A stretch of DNA of 64,000 nt from Azolla caroliniana (lineage: Eukaryota > Plantae > Polypodiophyta), in assembly GCA_043228905.1 (NCBI GenBank), contig JBHGNT010000007.1, positions 6,944,001-7,008,000 on the forward strand, written 5' to 3'. Positions 41,463 to 59,067 of the stretch are shown in pieces (position 1 is the stretch's first letter; each line of letters starts with the position of its first letter). A model generated the notes under the pieces. That model searched no databases. It saw only the letters and a program-made list of their open reading frames with translations, and was not told the DNA's origin. Made by a program: the position numbers and the translations under genes.

Positions 41463-44400
41463 ATGGCTTCTTCTTGGTTTCTTGCGAGGAGGAAACAGAA
41501 CAGTAGTCCGAAGTTTGGCTTCCACTCCACAGCTGAAGAAGTCACACGAGGCATCGATGGATCGTCTCTCACAGCCATCGTCACTGGTGGGAGCTAGTTT
41601 TCTATTATGTTCTACTCTCACTGTTTTAGTGATCTATCTTCCGATCCACCTTCAATGGCAATTTTACTAATATTATTGATCACTCACCTGATAATATATA
41701 TTCTGTGATTTTCTGTGACTGTTAATCTAGCTTGCAGCTGATTCTTTGATCATGATGACTAATAGACCTTGTTTAACATTTCCTCGATAACAAAGTAATT
41801 CTGCTTATAAGATGCCTAAACCCTTGCAGCTGATTCTTTGATCATGATTACTAATAGACCTTGTTTAACATTTCATCAATAACAAAGTCATTCTGCTCAT
41901 AAGATGCCATATCCATAATATTTATTGATCTTTGATAATTTTTTATATAGATTCCACTTATTCTTTTTGTCATTATTATTAATCGAATTTATTGAATCTT
42001 TTGTTGATGATAACTAAGCATTTCTGCTCATAATGTATTATGATTGCTCATTGTATTCCTTGACATTTCCATGATAACTGAGCAATTCTCTTCATAATGT
42101 ACAGTGATCAACTATTTCTGTTCCTGGATCCTTGATTTTAACTAATGATTTCTCGTTATCTCTGATGATTCTTAACTATATTCTGCATCTGTGATAATTT
42201 ATATGATTACAACTTAGATATTTCTCGATCTTTTATGTTAACAAACTTCTCTTCATAGTCTTTCGTGATTGATTCCTACTTCTGGTCTGTTTTGATTAAT
42301 GTTGATAATTACAATATTTCTCGGCCTTAAATCTGTGATAACTAATTATGCGGTTTGCATCAAGATTTGCAAATACTAATCATCTTTTCTTGAGATAATT
42401 CGGTGGCTATAAATTTGTTGACGTTTACGTAACAGGACTGTCTACTAACTAACTCTTTGAGATGTGATGCACAAATTCTGATGGAAACTATAAATCCTGG
42501 CTATATGGATGGAACCTATAAATATAAAGATCTTTTCAGTTAATTTTCTTTGTATCTTGCGGAACTTATCTGTTCTGTTTTGTGCTCTAACTGAAGTCAT
42601 AATTGAAGCCAATCTTTACTTGGTCGATATCAATAAACATTCTCACAGTATCTGATCATATATTTTCTGTGCGTTAATAACGCAGGCTTACTTATTCTAA
42701 ATTAGGGAAAGGCAATCTTTATATTACCTGCCGCCAATCCCGTTATTGTGTGAATTTCTCTGAATTTACTTGCAGGATTAGGTCAAAAAATAGAGATCCG
42801 TCTTTTCTAGTTATCCGGTTACTTGCGTTTATATTATCAATAGAGATAATAGATTGTAGGACCTGTTAAAGGAAGAATTTTTCTTAATGTACAGTATTTA
42901 AAGAAAAGTTCCATACTATAGTATGGCATCTATTAAGTCGATGTTCCTGCAGTGTTAATTATATTATGACCTTTGTTTCAAGTAAAGATGATTTTCTACG
43001 TGGTATTTGATTCCTGTATACTATTATCGTCAAACTCAAGAAAGATCGACCTTCTCATGGGATCTGTTATAATTGCTTTGCGTTAATACTATTATCGTCA
43101 TTAGAAATAAAAGCAATCTTTGTATGCGCAGTAACAGATTATCTTTTTAAGTTTTAATAATCACTGAAGAATTTTGATCGTATTCATTGTACAGGAGGAT
43201 CAAGTGGTATTGGTGAAGAAACTTCTCGGGTTCTGGCATTGAGAGGAGTTCATGTTATCATAGCTGCTCGAAACTTAGAAGCTGCTAAAGAAGTCAAAAC
43301 CAAGATTTGTGAAGAGATTCCCGATGCTAAAATTGATTTGCTGCATCTTGACCTCAGCAGCTTGGCATCTGTGAGAACGTTCGTGAAGAACTTCGAAGCA
43401 ATGAATTTGCCTCTCAACATTCTAATGTATGTACTCACATGATTTCAAGATTGTTAATTAGCGTGCATTGATAGATGTATGTACTCACGTGTTGAATATT
43501 GGTTCAGATCAACTAAGGATATCATTGTATCTATTACAAAGGAATGTATGCTTAGACATAGCTTGAGCAATTAATCATGGATTGCCTGAATTGAAAATAT
43601 AATTTGCCAAAACTCTCCAATTTAATAGTAAATTCATAACTTTTTACATTTACATAATAATCTCTCAATTTATTTTATGAGTTGGTTCTTCATCTGAATG
43701 ACATTTCTCGTGTTGAATAGAAACAATGCAGGAGTGATGAATTGCCCGTTTTCTCTGTCACCTGATGGCATAGAAACTCAATTTGCGACAAACCACCTTG
43801 GTATTGCATAATCTTTCTAATCTACTGTTTAATTTCCTACGCCGTAACATTTTTAAATTTTAGTAGTGAGTATGAGATCCAATTTTAAATTAAGCGAAGC
43901 CATGCTATGTTAAATATTATGTTTTATAAGTACTTTAATGGAAGCTTAAATTGAAGCTCGAATGGAATCATTGTGATCAAAATCTAAATTGTCTTTTTCA
44001 TCTGGATTTTCACTGCAAATAAATATTCAAGGTACCAAAGAATCTTAGTAGAAACTGTCTTTATCGTTTACTGGAAAGATATCCTTATCGTTTCTTTATA
44101 AGCCATTGATTTTATACATTCAATTGATACCTTCTAGTGATATGGTACTCAGGTCATTTTCTCCTAACGAATTTACTTCTCAAGAATATGAAAGAAACTG
44201 CCATTAAATCCAATATCAAAGGGAGAATTGTTATTCTGACATCTTCTTACCACAAGTATGCTTATCCAGAAGGCATACGCTTTGATAAAATAAACTCGAG
44301 TGAAGGGTAAACAAGAATCTCCTTTACAAAACCTTGGAATAAAGAGAAATATAAGGTTCCACCATACTGTCGATTTTACGAATGGATTTGTTTCCCAACT

Positions 44401-45830
44401 TTACAGATACACTCCTCTGAATGCGTATGGACAATCCAAGCTGGCAAATATACTTCATTGCCATGAATTGGCAAGAAGACTTGAGGTAATTAAAATTTGG
44501 ATCTCATTTTAGTCTCAATTTATGTTTTGTATAACTGTGTTTATATTGCTGCAGGTGGAAAATGCACCAATTACTGTTAACAGTGTTCATCCCGGTTATA
44601 TCTTCACAAATTTATTAAAACACATGCTTTTGTTTGCATGTAAGTTTGAGAGAGATCGACTGAGTGAAATGAGATGAAGTGGAATGATATAATATTACAT
44701 CGTGGAATGGAGTCATAGCGAAATGAAATGATATATTTATTACATCTTGAAAAGGCTAATTAGATTATCTATATTAAAATGAATTAGAAATGAATTACAT
44801 CCATGCGATAACTGCTCCACTAATTTCTGATAACAAGGATGAATTAAGAAAATATTAAACTGTAGCAACTATACATAGAAGAGAGACGAAATGGATAATA
44901 CCCAAAGAGCAGGATAGTATGATATGGGTGACATATCCTTAATACTAATAAATACTTAGGAAACGAAGGTCGGTCTGATCTCTAGAATGACTTGGATATC
45001 TTCCAAGCATCATTTATAGTGAGCAATGGTGTATTTGAGAAAGATAATTAAGCTCTATGATTCGATCAACTAAGTTAATCCAAGAGTTATGATCACTGAC
45101 TTATTCAATAAGACCGGACATAAAAAATCATCATTAGAAAAGAGTGTCATTGTTGAGAGTTTCTATATCGTTCCCAAGCTATCTTATCATTATAACTGCA
45201 TGCACGATCGTTTAAAGCTCTGAAACCTCAGTAAGCTGGTATAATTGGAAAACCTACTGAGATCCGAGATGTTCTCAAGCCAATCTTCAGCTATAACTTG
45301 ATTTGAGAGGCCTCTAACTTAACTAAGTTCTCCTAATATGTATTTGAATGAAATATTTTCCTTTGGCCTCTTTGTTGGATCATAAAAAGTACGTCAATCT
45401 AAGACTGTGCATCCAATGATTGCCTTCCTTATTACCGTATTTATACTTTTTACGGCCAATGTTTGGTGCACAGATATATGGCGAGTAATGTTCTTCTACA
45501 TATGGAAGAACGTACCCCAGGTTTGATCTCTTCTCTTCTCTTCTCTTCTATTATACTCCACTGTTTAGCATAGCTTTCTCCTCTCCCATCAGAAAAGAGT
45601 TTTGGTTTTGGCTTTTTCATGTTATCAATCAAATGTTTAAAATGTGACAGGGAGCTTCGACCACTTGCTATGCCGCATTGCATCCTGATTTTGAAGGAGT
45701 GAGTGGGAAATACTTCTCAGATTGTAAAGAGAGTCTCCCAACGACATTGGCATCTGACCCGAAGCTTGCGAAAGACTTGTGGGAATGGAGTGAAAAGATG
45801 GTTAAACTCTCTGTGAATGAATCGACTTAA
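41463..45830 (+). CDS. Short-chain dehydrogenase/reductase, TIC32-like (retinol dehydrogenase-like family)
   Basis: Exons 41463-41586, 43195-43426, 43721-43800, 44153-44306, 44407-44485, 44555-44639, 45474-45520, 45651-45830. Motifs [31 protein letters not shown] (YxxxK), [25 protein letters not shown]. Confidence 0.95.
41731..41908. repeat. Intronic tandem duplication, 2 x ~92 bp
   Basis: CTTGCAGCTGATTCTTTGATCATGAT at 41731 and 41823. Confidence 0.9.
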
Positions 45831-46649
45831 AGAGGAGATCCTTACAAATCCCAAATAAAATCAGTTAACTAAAATAAAACTTTGATTTCTCGATGAGAAA
45901 CTCTTTGCAAGGTTAATCTGTTGATTTTAATGATTGTAATTTTCATTTTGTAGTTAGTCCAACCGTGTTGTATAACACACACCATGTTTCAAATTCTTTA
46001 GAATGCATACGTATTATTTGTTCGAATCTATATATGATCCAATGATTAATTCATTTAATGGAGATGATCATGCTCAAGAAAACCCTTGTAATTGAAGTTC
46101 CAAGAGGGCAATGGATTTGAGGAACAAAATCGAACTTATAAGTTAATAGTAACATATAAAATACAAAACTTACAAGAGAAACATCAAGATGAAGGTCGTA
46201 ACTACTGTAACTAGTGTCGTGCGTCTCCACAAGTATTCTTCCCACATACAGGTTAGTAGAACTCGTCACTTCATATAAATTTTGAACTAAATAACTATTG
46301 ACATGTCCCAAACTACACATTTATGCTTTAGGACATGTGTGAATGCAATATGACAAATAGATGTTATCATTCTTCTTTTCTAGTGTGAACAAGGTCACAT
46401 AATATATGCGTTACTCACTTTTTGAAAGTGAGAAGCCAGGAAACGAGAAGTCTGAAGAATCAAGTGGGTTCCCATAGCTTCAATCCTCAACGCGTCGTCT
46501 ATCAATGCTTTTTTATGTAATAGAAGAATTTTGACACCTTGGATATTGCCACCCTTGCCGTTCTTTGAGTGCATTGAGTTTTTGTTAATATTTTTTACAG
46601 TGGATGTGCTTGGTGCACACATGCATTTGTAGTCCTTTGAATGTGAAGT

Positions 46650-47580
46650 CAACATGTAGACACTCCACTTTGTTACAATTATTGATGATCATTCTAGAAG
46701 ATGTTAGGATCGGACTTTGAAATCAAAACACAAGTATTTGGAAGAAACGTAAATGTGCTTGCAATGGTAATGATGGTGAATATTGTATGACTCTTCGATG
46801 CTTGTTGCAGAGATCATGGTGTCATAAGGATCAAAACACACCTCCCAAAACTCCACAATTGAATGGCTTGGCAAAGATGAAATAGAACTTTAGGGGAGAG
46901 TTCAATGTTGTCTCCCATAAGCAAAATTGCAAAATCCCTTTTGGGGTGAGGTTGTGTTTGGTTGTAAATGTTTTGTGCATGTACCTAAAAATGAAAGACT
47001 AAGTTAGGTGTTAAGTTTAAAATAAATTTTTTAATTGGGTATAGACAAGAATTGGGTTATAGATGGTTATGAACTAGTAGAATGATGTTTATTAGGATTG
47101 AGTCTTTGAATGCCATCACATACATTATTAACCGTATCTCATACTATCGCACTACAAGATAACGTTCCTAAAAGAGTTTGGTACGTAGAGATGTTTCTTA
47201 GGGCCATTTGCATGTGTAGGGTTGTAAGAGTAAAGGTATAAGTTAAATAAGTTTAAACGATGTCTTTTTATTGGGTATAGCCAAGGTGAGTTGGTTATAG
47301 ATGTTATGACCCATTGGAATGAAGCTTATTAGGGGTCCGCTTTTGAATAACATTATATTGTTATTGACCTATATTCGGTTCATTCAATATAGGATAATGT
47401 TCCTAAAAGAGTTTGGTACAATTGATATATTTTTTAGATGTGTGTGTTTGGTTTCAAATGTTTGTGTACCTAAATATGAAAGGGTTTAGGGTTAGATGTG
47501 TTTTTTAGGGTAAGGCCAAGATGAGTTGGGTTAGTGATACATTATGTGTTTGTGGAGGATCAAACCATTGACACGGTAAA
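46650..47580 (+). mobile_element. Decayed Copia integrase remnant with its C-terminal part repeated about three times
   Basis: TPQLNGLA-like motif (~46850). FGCKCFVHVP..FLIGY..GYR-like segments recur at ~46955, ~47215 and ~47445. Confidence 0.6.
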
Positions 47581-48526
47581 AAGATCGCCCTCCCCCAATA
47601 AACAGTGAGCTAATAAATTTGACTTGCTTCCTACGATTGATTTACACCACTTAAATTATAACACTTTAATCCTTTTGAGAATATAAGATGACGTTAATTA
47701 CACCTCTTATGTGTAGTGAGGGAGATTTGAATTCTCAATCATTAATTAATGAGTTTAAATTCTTATGGCAACCTACTCTCTTTCATTTGTTTCTTATGAT
47801 AATATTGATTTTCTGCCACAGGTCAATAGCCTCATCAAGGGTTAAATTTCTATTCTAGATTCCCTCTATCACTCTCTTCTTGTCTAACTATTTATTTCTT
47901 AATTGATTGTTTCCTTTGTGTTCTTCGTTATTTTAATCCCCATGAGAGACCCTTATTAATGTTGTTAAGATGTTTCTAGGCTTTGTTCTAATATGCTCAA
48001 GTTTCTAGAACATTTCTTAAAATTACACAGCCTAAGCTTATACTAAGTCAAAATTGAAAATAATCTTCAATGCTTTTTATACCAATTCTTTCTTCAATTT
48101 ACATATGTGACCCAAATATTCACGAGGCAAGTTAACTATTTTTTTGCTCTAGTGAGCCCCCCTCGTTACGAAGCCAAGACATTGTGCAAAATTTCCACCA
48201 ATTTCACCTCGTGAAGCATGAGTTTCACAACATTGTTGCTCCCATTCATGCCACAATGGAAGCAACAAGAACATGGCAAATAATCTCCCATGTCATTTCT
48301 CTCTCTCAATATCATAATAAGACTGGTTTACCATAACATACTTTTTTCAAGTAAACCACAAATAGTAACATTATTGACTACCAAAAACATAGAACTGAAT
48401 AGAATCTAATCATAGATCAAGTCTTTAGCCATTCATCGAAATAGATTTCAGTACTCTTGTAACACAAATGACCTACTTCGCTAACAAAATTACATCTCAT
48501 AAAACAATTGAACATTCAATCGTTTC

Positions 48527-52224
<3,698 letters not shown>

Positions 52225-52265
52225 GGCGGAGCTTCAGACGAACGCAGAGACGGGAAAACAGACGC

Positions 52266-52269
<4 letters not shown>

Positions 52270-52313
<44 letters not shown>

Positions 52314-52330
52314 AGAGCAGAAAACCCTAG
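52270..52330 (-). promoter_or_regulatory. (CT)n leader tract and telo-box of RPL13a
   Basis: (AG)n on the plus strand at 52270-52311, i.e. a pyrimidine tract on the gene strand. AAACCCTA at 52322-52329. Confidence 0.65.
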
Positions 52331-52419
52331 GGCTCCTTTCAATTGGAATTTGGATTCATACTGTGGGGAGGGGAGGTTTTGGTTTGTCCGGACAAATCCA
52401 GAGAAACACTCTCTCTCTC

Positions 52420-52749
52420 TCTCCGTGTGAAACCAAAATTTCTCAAAAGCATGCATGAGAGAGAGAGAGAAGATTGCTTTTGACATTCACACATATGTGC
52501 ATACATATACCAATCAATGACCACAATGTGTGTATGTATGTGTGTATCATGATGCGTGGCTCTCCCTCGGCTGCCCGCCCGCCCATCTTCAAATCGCATG
52601 CAAAAACCAATATGACCTCAGGAAGCTTCCGTTTTGAAACCAGAATTTCTCAAAGCACACATGAGAGAGAGAAAGGGAGAAGACCGCTTTGACATTCACA
52701 CACTTACCAATCAATGACTACTACATGTGTGTATGTATGTATGTATGTA

Positions 52750-52794
<45 letters not shown>

Positions 52795-52860
52795 ATCATG
52801 CATGGCTCTCCCTCCGCCGAGCACCGGCCGCCCATCTTCGAATCACACGCAAAAACAAAT
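52420..52860. repeat. Tandem duplication (~215 bp) with an expanded (TG)n/(TATG)n core, upstream of RPL13a
   Basis: GAAACCA.AATTTCTCAAA..TTTGACATTCACAC..TGGCTCTCCCTC..CCGCCCATCTTC occurs twice. Confidence 0.85.
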
Positions 52861-53704
52861 TGGGAAGCTTTCGTACACCTAGCCACATCGTAGACCCCCA
52901 TCTGTTGGTGTATTTCGGATTGTCATTCCTGGTGATGCTTTCGAAGTGTCACCCCAGGGAACGCACTTCTTATGGACACCTCGCCAACTCGTAGACCCAA
53001 CCAAGAGGACTCAATTACATATTCCCCTCCCATTTACGTGTCGAGATTCGAGGGGATGGATGTGGATCTAAGCTTTGGATAGACCATCTTGGCAAGTCGT
53101 GCTCTCTTACCCCCATCTTAAATTTGGTTGTCGAACCATATGAACAACCCACATATTCCCTTGTCTTTGTGCAATGCAACTCCAATATATACACTGTTTA
53201 TGTGTTGATTGAGTCCAAATAAATTGTTGAAGTTTACAAAACTTTCAATGTCAATTTTTTATCTACTTCAACAACGTTGATGGAGCAACACCCATGGTTG
53301 CATATTGGTTTATGTGAGTATGGTGTTCAAGTTAACAACATACTATATCCTCTCATTTTGTTTCTGCATTTTTGGGAGCTTGCTCTCATATAATAAAAAA
53401 CTAGCTCGCTGCACTTATTTATTGGGCTTTTATATCTAGACAAATACAAATCATTTATACTTTCTCAAGGTAAATTAACCTTACTTGTTTGTCATTTAGG
53501 GTTTCTTTCACAAGACACTACATTGACGTTAAACATCATCAATATTTTCCAAGTTGAATGTTGCTTCTCGCTTCACATGATGGTAAAGGGTCCCTTGTGA
53601 TAGAAAACCTAACCATCCTTAACTAAGAAGAAGGCAACGGCAAAACGAAAAGTAATACAAAAAGAAGGAAGGATATTGTGTTGGCAAGTGATAAATCGGT
53701 CATG

Positions 53705-54195
53705 CGTACAACGTTAGAAAGCATTGCACATGATTGGGACTGCCAGGATTTGGGCATTTCTCGAGCTACAACAATTTGGTGTATCCTTGGGAGCGAACCA
53801 ACGATCACGTTAACACAATACAAAGCAATCGAGCCATTCAATTGCCTTGGGACAACGTTAGAAAGCATCACACATGATTGGGATTGGGAAGATTTCAACA
53901 CATCTCAAGGTACAACGATTTTGTGTGCCCTCAGGAGCGAACCGACAATCATGCTAACACCACACAAACCAATCGAGTTGTTCAATGACCTCGGGACAAC
54001 GCCAGAAAGCATCACATATGATTGGGATTGGCAGGATTTCGGCACATCTCGAGGTACAACGATTTGGCGTACCCTCGAGGGCGAACCGAGAATCCCCGCT
54101 AACGCAACACAAACTAATCGAGTCGTTCAATGGCCTCGGGACAACATGGCCGGCAAGAGAAGGAGCCCAATTTCATCGGCCTCGGGACAACAAAG
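53705..54195 (+). repeat. Tandem array, ~3.2 x 144 bp
   Basis: ACAACG..AGAAAGCAT at 53708, 53852 and 53996; partial units near 54141 and 54187. Confidence 0.9.
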
Positions 54196-55371
54196 GCCGG
54201 GTTGTGAATCCAAGTGGCAGGAGAAGGAGCCCAAGTGTGTGGCTTCATCGTCATGTCTGGGAGGAGGAAGCAACCACTTCTTCCCTGTCTAAAGGCTATT
54301 ATTAATTAATTAATTGATTGATTAATTAAGTTAATTAATTAATTATTTTCCTGTGGAGGCTAGTTTTGCAGATTCGAAGAAAATGGTGAGCCCCCTGCCC
54401 CCCCCCCCCCCCCCCCCATTCGTTCTTGAAAAAATATGCACATACGTAGAACGACAACGACCAAACTGTCGAGACTACGAATTCCTGCTTCCATGGCGTT
54501 CTCTCAATCCTTCTCTGTTCCCGTCTCAGGTATTTGTGTTCCTCAAACCCCCCTCCTCCTCCTCCCCCCCGCTCTTTTCCCCAATTCATTATTTCTTTCT
54601 TTCCATGCATTTTTGCATTTATTTTGTCGGAAAAGTGTATTTTGGATTGCGAAAGTCTACATAATTCTATCCGTATATATATACATTTAACTCTTAATGT
54701 TTAAAGCAGGAAATTTTCTGAGAGATGGAACAGAAGCGTTTTGTATCGTCGAACCTTAGTGTATATTATTAAGTGACTTGTTTGACACAGCAGCAAAATT
54801 TGAAGGTAACAGACAGTTTCAAGAATTAAAATATCTAGTAGATTTCTATCTCCCTCCCCTCCCCCCACTTCAATTAAAATATCTAGTAAATCTTCTATTA
54901 AAGGGATTGATTATTTTTGGATGGCATATAATATTTATTCTTTAGGATTGTTCTCTACTTGGTTTGGTCTCTCGTATTCATAAATTGTAACTAAATAGTC
55001 ATATGAGGCCCTTAATAAGTCTCCTTTTAATATTACTGATTTGCACATGGTCTTCTTTTAATATTACTACAATTCTCATTGCATTCTACATCTAGTTACA
55101 TACATGAATACACGGTTTTGTGTTCACTTTGAATCCTCAATGTGTCCATTAGAGCTTTTATTCATTACTTCTATCCAATTGCTGGTCTGTGTTTGTTCAC
55201 TTCTTTTTGCTGAAAAATTTACGCATTGCTAGTTCCCACCATGGTACTTCAACAATTGGTTATAAAAACTTCACACTCCCCACCCAATGTTGTCTTGGTC
55301 CAATTCCAAGTGTTCCAAGAAAACCCTGTTATAAAGTCAATAAAAAGAATAATAATGATGATGATGTCACA

Positions 55372-55427
55372 AAGAAGAAGAAGAAGAAGAAGAAAAAGAA
55401 GAAAAAGAAGAAGAAGAAGAAGAAAAG
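55372..55427. repeat. (AAG)n microsatellite
   Basis: Seen directly; it produces the spurious poly-K and poly-R ORFs. Confidence 0.9.
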
Positions 55428-56322
55428 GAAAACATCTCCCAATGACCAATGATTCCTAGGTGAGATAGAATTGTGCTCTTAAAAATCTTCATATCCTTGA
55501 ATCATGTCCATGGTCGCATGCGACCCAAAATTTTGATCATCGAAAAATCCTGGCCGTGGATGTTACGACTTTCTCTATCTCTCTCTCTCTCTGTCTCTCT
55601 CTCTCAAGATGATAATAAAATCTATTTATCTATCTCGTATATGAGGGTTGTGCTGTTGTGGGTGAGCCAAATTTTTACTTAAATATGAACTACTTCACTA
55701 AATGCCATAATGGAATGGTGGGATTTAAGGGATGACCTGGTCTCTATTAGACCTCAAAACACACGAATGAATTAAAGCAAAACTAATCTAGGCTCATGTC
55801 ATTTTGGTAAAATGTATAAGTTGATTTTAGGTTGTCTTATCTTCTTGCATATCCATTGTGATGTCACAATTGCAGTCACTTCTTGGCTGGTTGGGACATT
55901 TGTACACACATATATGCATGTATGCATGGTAACTATTCTATATATGAGATGAATGTCAATAGAAAGAAACATTTCCTTTTAGCTGTATAATCGTTTTTGC
56001 ATTTACTACTAAATAATTAGAAACAAGTTTTATGGTGCTTGTGGCCATTCAACTTAGTTTCCTTTGATTCTCATTCCCATGGTCCTCTAAGCTTGATAGT
56101 ACATTGTAATGGTTTTGGTTATATAGGCATTATGAATTTTGAGCCATCCAAGAAAATTTTACGTTGTACTGTTGGTCTTTAATGGCATATATTCTTGGTG
56201 TATTGCATGGTGATTTCTTCATCTGAAGATCTATGCCTTTAAGATACTAATAACAATATGTTTTCTTGTTTTATACAAAAGCAGGAACATCTGGAAAGAA
56301 GAGAACCTACCAATTTAGTGAA

Positions 56323-58087
56323 ATGAGCAAACCCGTAGCTCGTAATGCAGACAAGAAGGACGTTGATGAAAGCAAGAGTGATGTCGCACCATGTACATCT
56401 ACTAATCATTTTGCAATATATGATGTGAAAGGTGCAAAGCCTCAAATTAGAAACATATTTGATGCTTGCGAGCGAGGTAACCACCAAGCAATAATGAAAT
56501 TTGCAAAGGATAAGGACTTTGAGATTGATGCAAAGGTATCACAAATGCTCTGTCATTTTCTATTGATGCACAGTTTTTTGGCTAGTCTTAAGAATCAGGA
56601 ATTGAGAAAAATCATAACATATGTATATTGAATTAAAAGTAGGTGCTAATTGTTGAGAAGTATAAAGAATTCCACTGAAAAAAAAAGTATGGAATTGTTC
56701 TAATTTGAAAAACCTCAGTATGTCTCTATAAAACCAAAATATGCAACGATTACTCTTTTAAGCATGCACATAGTTCTTCTCTTTGCATATATGATGAGTT
56801 CAAGTATATAAAAGATATAATATATGTTTCAAAGTTTTATTTCTAGGATCGGTTTGGAAGAACAGCGCTAATCTGGGCAGCAGATTGTGGGCATCCTCGT
56901 GTTTGTGAAACTCTTATCCGACTGAATGCTAGCATCAATACAGCAGATTCACATACCGGAAGGTATATAATGCGTTCAATTCACATATAAATAATATTCT
57001 ATAAACAAGATGGCTAATAGAAATGTTCTCAGTGTGCTTGGCTTTTACAAATACTCATCTAACTAGGCTCTCACATAATTTTGGAAAAAAAGATGGATAT
57101 AATATTCTTGCTCTGTTAATTCGCTGGTTTACAGATCGGCAATACATTGGGCTGCAAGAGCAGGAAGCTTACCTATTGTCCGTATCCTTGAGAGTTAAGG
57201 AAACTTTACATTGTTAATGGATGCATCTGGGTAATGTCAAAAGTTTCACCAATTCCTGGGGCTAAGAGGCATTTGGATCATTGGTTAATACATCATTCAT
57301 TAATGCATAGTCACATGTATGGTGGTGCGTGTGTCTCTAGACATCTAGACGAGCGCCTATAGTGCCCTGACTACTGCGAACAGGCAAATAACGAGAGATT
57401 GATGTGAAAGCAGTTGGAGAGAGGAAATTAGGCCGGACATTCTAGGAACCCATCCAGATGTGTAGAGAAGTACACCACCATGCATGTTACTATGCAAATA
57501 ATCAATGATGTATTAACCAAAGATTCTAATGTTTTTATGTTGGACCCAATAATCTCTCTCCAACTAAGAGTGCATTTGCAGCCCTTGAAGAGGTTGTGCT
57601 TATTTTATAGAACCCCTTAATCGCCCTACAACTAAGGGTCCGTTCACTTGCCGGAAGTGGTTATTATTATTATTATAGACCCCCGTCATCTCCCTCTTCG
57701 AGAGTCGATTCACATTTTTTGGAGATCCAATCCCTTATTAGGGGAGGGGCCTTTCACATTGGGCACTGAACACTATAATTGTCCATCTAACAATGACACA
57801 CGTGACCAATGAATAATTCATGTACGTTTTTCCTTAAGGGTGCATCTTCAGGACTATTGGTACAATACGGTGCAAATATAAACAAAGAGGACAAGTATGG
57901 ACTAACACCTTTGTATCTTGCCAAGGCAAAAGGTATGGATGGTGAAGAGGTTTTCCAATACTTATTGTCTGAAGGTGCACCGTATAGTGAACTTCAAGCA
58001 TTCCGAGTTTCTGATATCGAGGACCAGATTCGTGCTGAGATGGCTGCTTTGGAGGCAAGCAAGGCCGAAGCTTCATCAAGTCCATAG
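56323..58087 (+). CDS. Small ankyrin-repeat protein (about 200 aa; possible upstream start at 54493)
   Basis: Exons 56285(ATG 56323)-56535, 56847-56962, 57135-57181, 57852-58087: ..IFDACERGNHQAI..EIDAK|DRFGRTALIWAADCGH..NTADSHTGR|SAIHWAARAGSLPIVR|LLVQYGANINKEDKYGLTPLYLA..; phases are consistent. Confidence 0.92.
57270..57531. mobile_element. Intronic foldback / MITE-like inverted repeat
   Basis: TTGGTTAATACATCATTCATTAATGCATAGTCACATGTATGGTGGTG pairs with CACCACCATGCATGTTACTATGCAAATAATCAATGATGTATTAACCAA; arms of ~85-100 bp. Confidence 0.75.
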
Positions 58088-59067
58088 AAACTAATAGTGA
58101 ATAGATGTGTCAACATAGCGATTTATGGCTTGCTTTTTTAATATAAAAATATATGGCATAATAAAGAAAACTTGGCGTACCTCAAGCATGTAGAATTAAA
58201 TATTCAAGATTTGAACAACTTATAGAAATCTAAAATTTTAGACTTGCACCATTGTAACACTTGAAAAAATCATATCATTACAATTAATACTCCCATTTTA
58301 TCTTGGCTAGGAGGATGGTTGTTTTAAGTGTTTTCCATTTACTTTGCGAATTTAATATGCATCTTCGATTTAAAAATATGAAATATGATTGATAACATAT
58401 TCTATAAGTGGTAGTGGAATATATTGACTCTTGATATTAATCCTACGAGTTATTTGAAGCATACTATAAATCCTTGAAACTAACATTTAGCAACATACCA
58501 TGAATACATATCAGTTGTACAGTATGGTTATCGTCACTGTAAGTAAGGTCATTTCTTTGAAACATTGGGTTTTGGAAGTTGTTTTTTGCATATTCATTTT
58601 GGAAATTTGATAACATAGTGTTCCTTCTTGCAAACATACTCAACACCAAACAATATTGCACACACATCTTGTTGGATGAATCCATTCTCATCATGAAGTA
58701 TTTGGTTATACAACAGAAATTTAGAAGATGTTTATAGTTTAGAGGACATTGTAAAAGGTAAATATGATACAATAATGCATGAATAATAGTGATAATGAAG
58801 AGGGTAACTACTTGAGCATGACATTTCTATTTGTATTAAGTTTCCATGTATGTATCTTGTGGTCAATTTTGATTGGAAGTTACACATTTCACTTAAGTAG
58901 AACTAATAATATAATGAATTACATGCTTTTATGTGAGTAGGATTACAGGTTTTTGACATTCGGTATGGCAATGAAATATCCAAAAATCTTGGCAATGGTT
59001 GCATCACAAGATTCGCAGCTTGAGTGAATGATTGATGAATTGCTGGAATTTGTTTTAAGGTGATACA

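Noticed and set aside
55189-55459. Poly-Lys and poly-Arg ORFs
   Set aside because: Translation of an intronic (AAG)n microsatellite.
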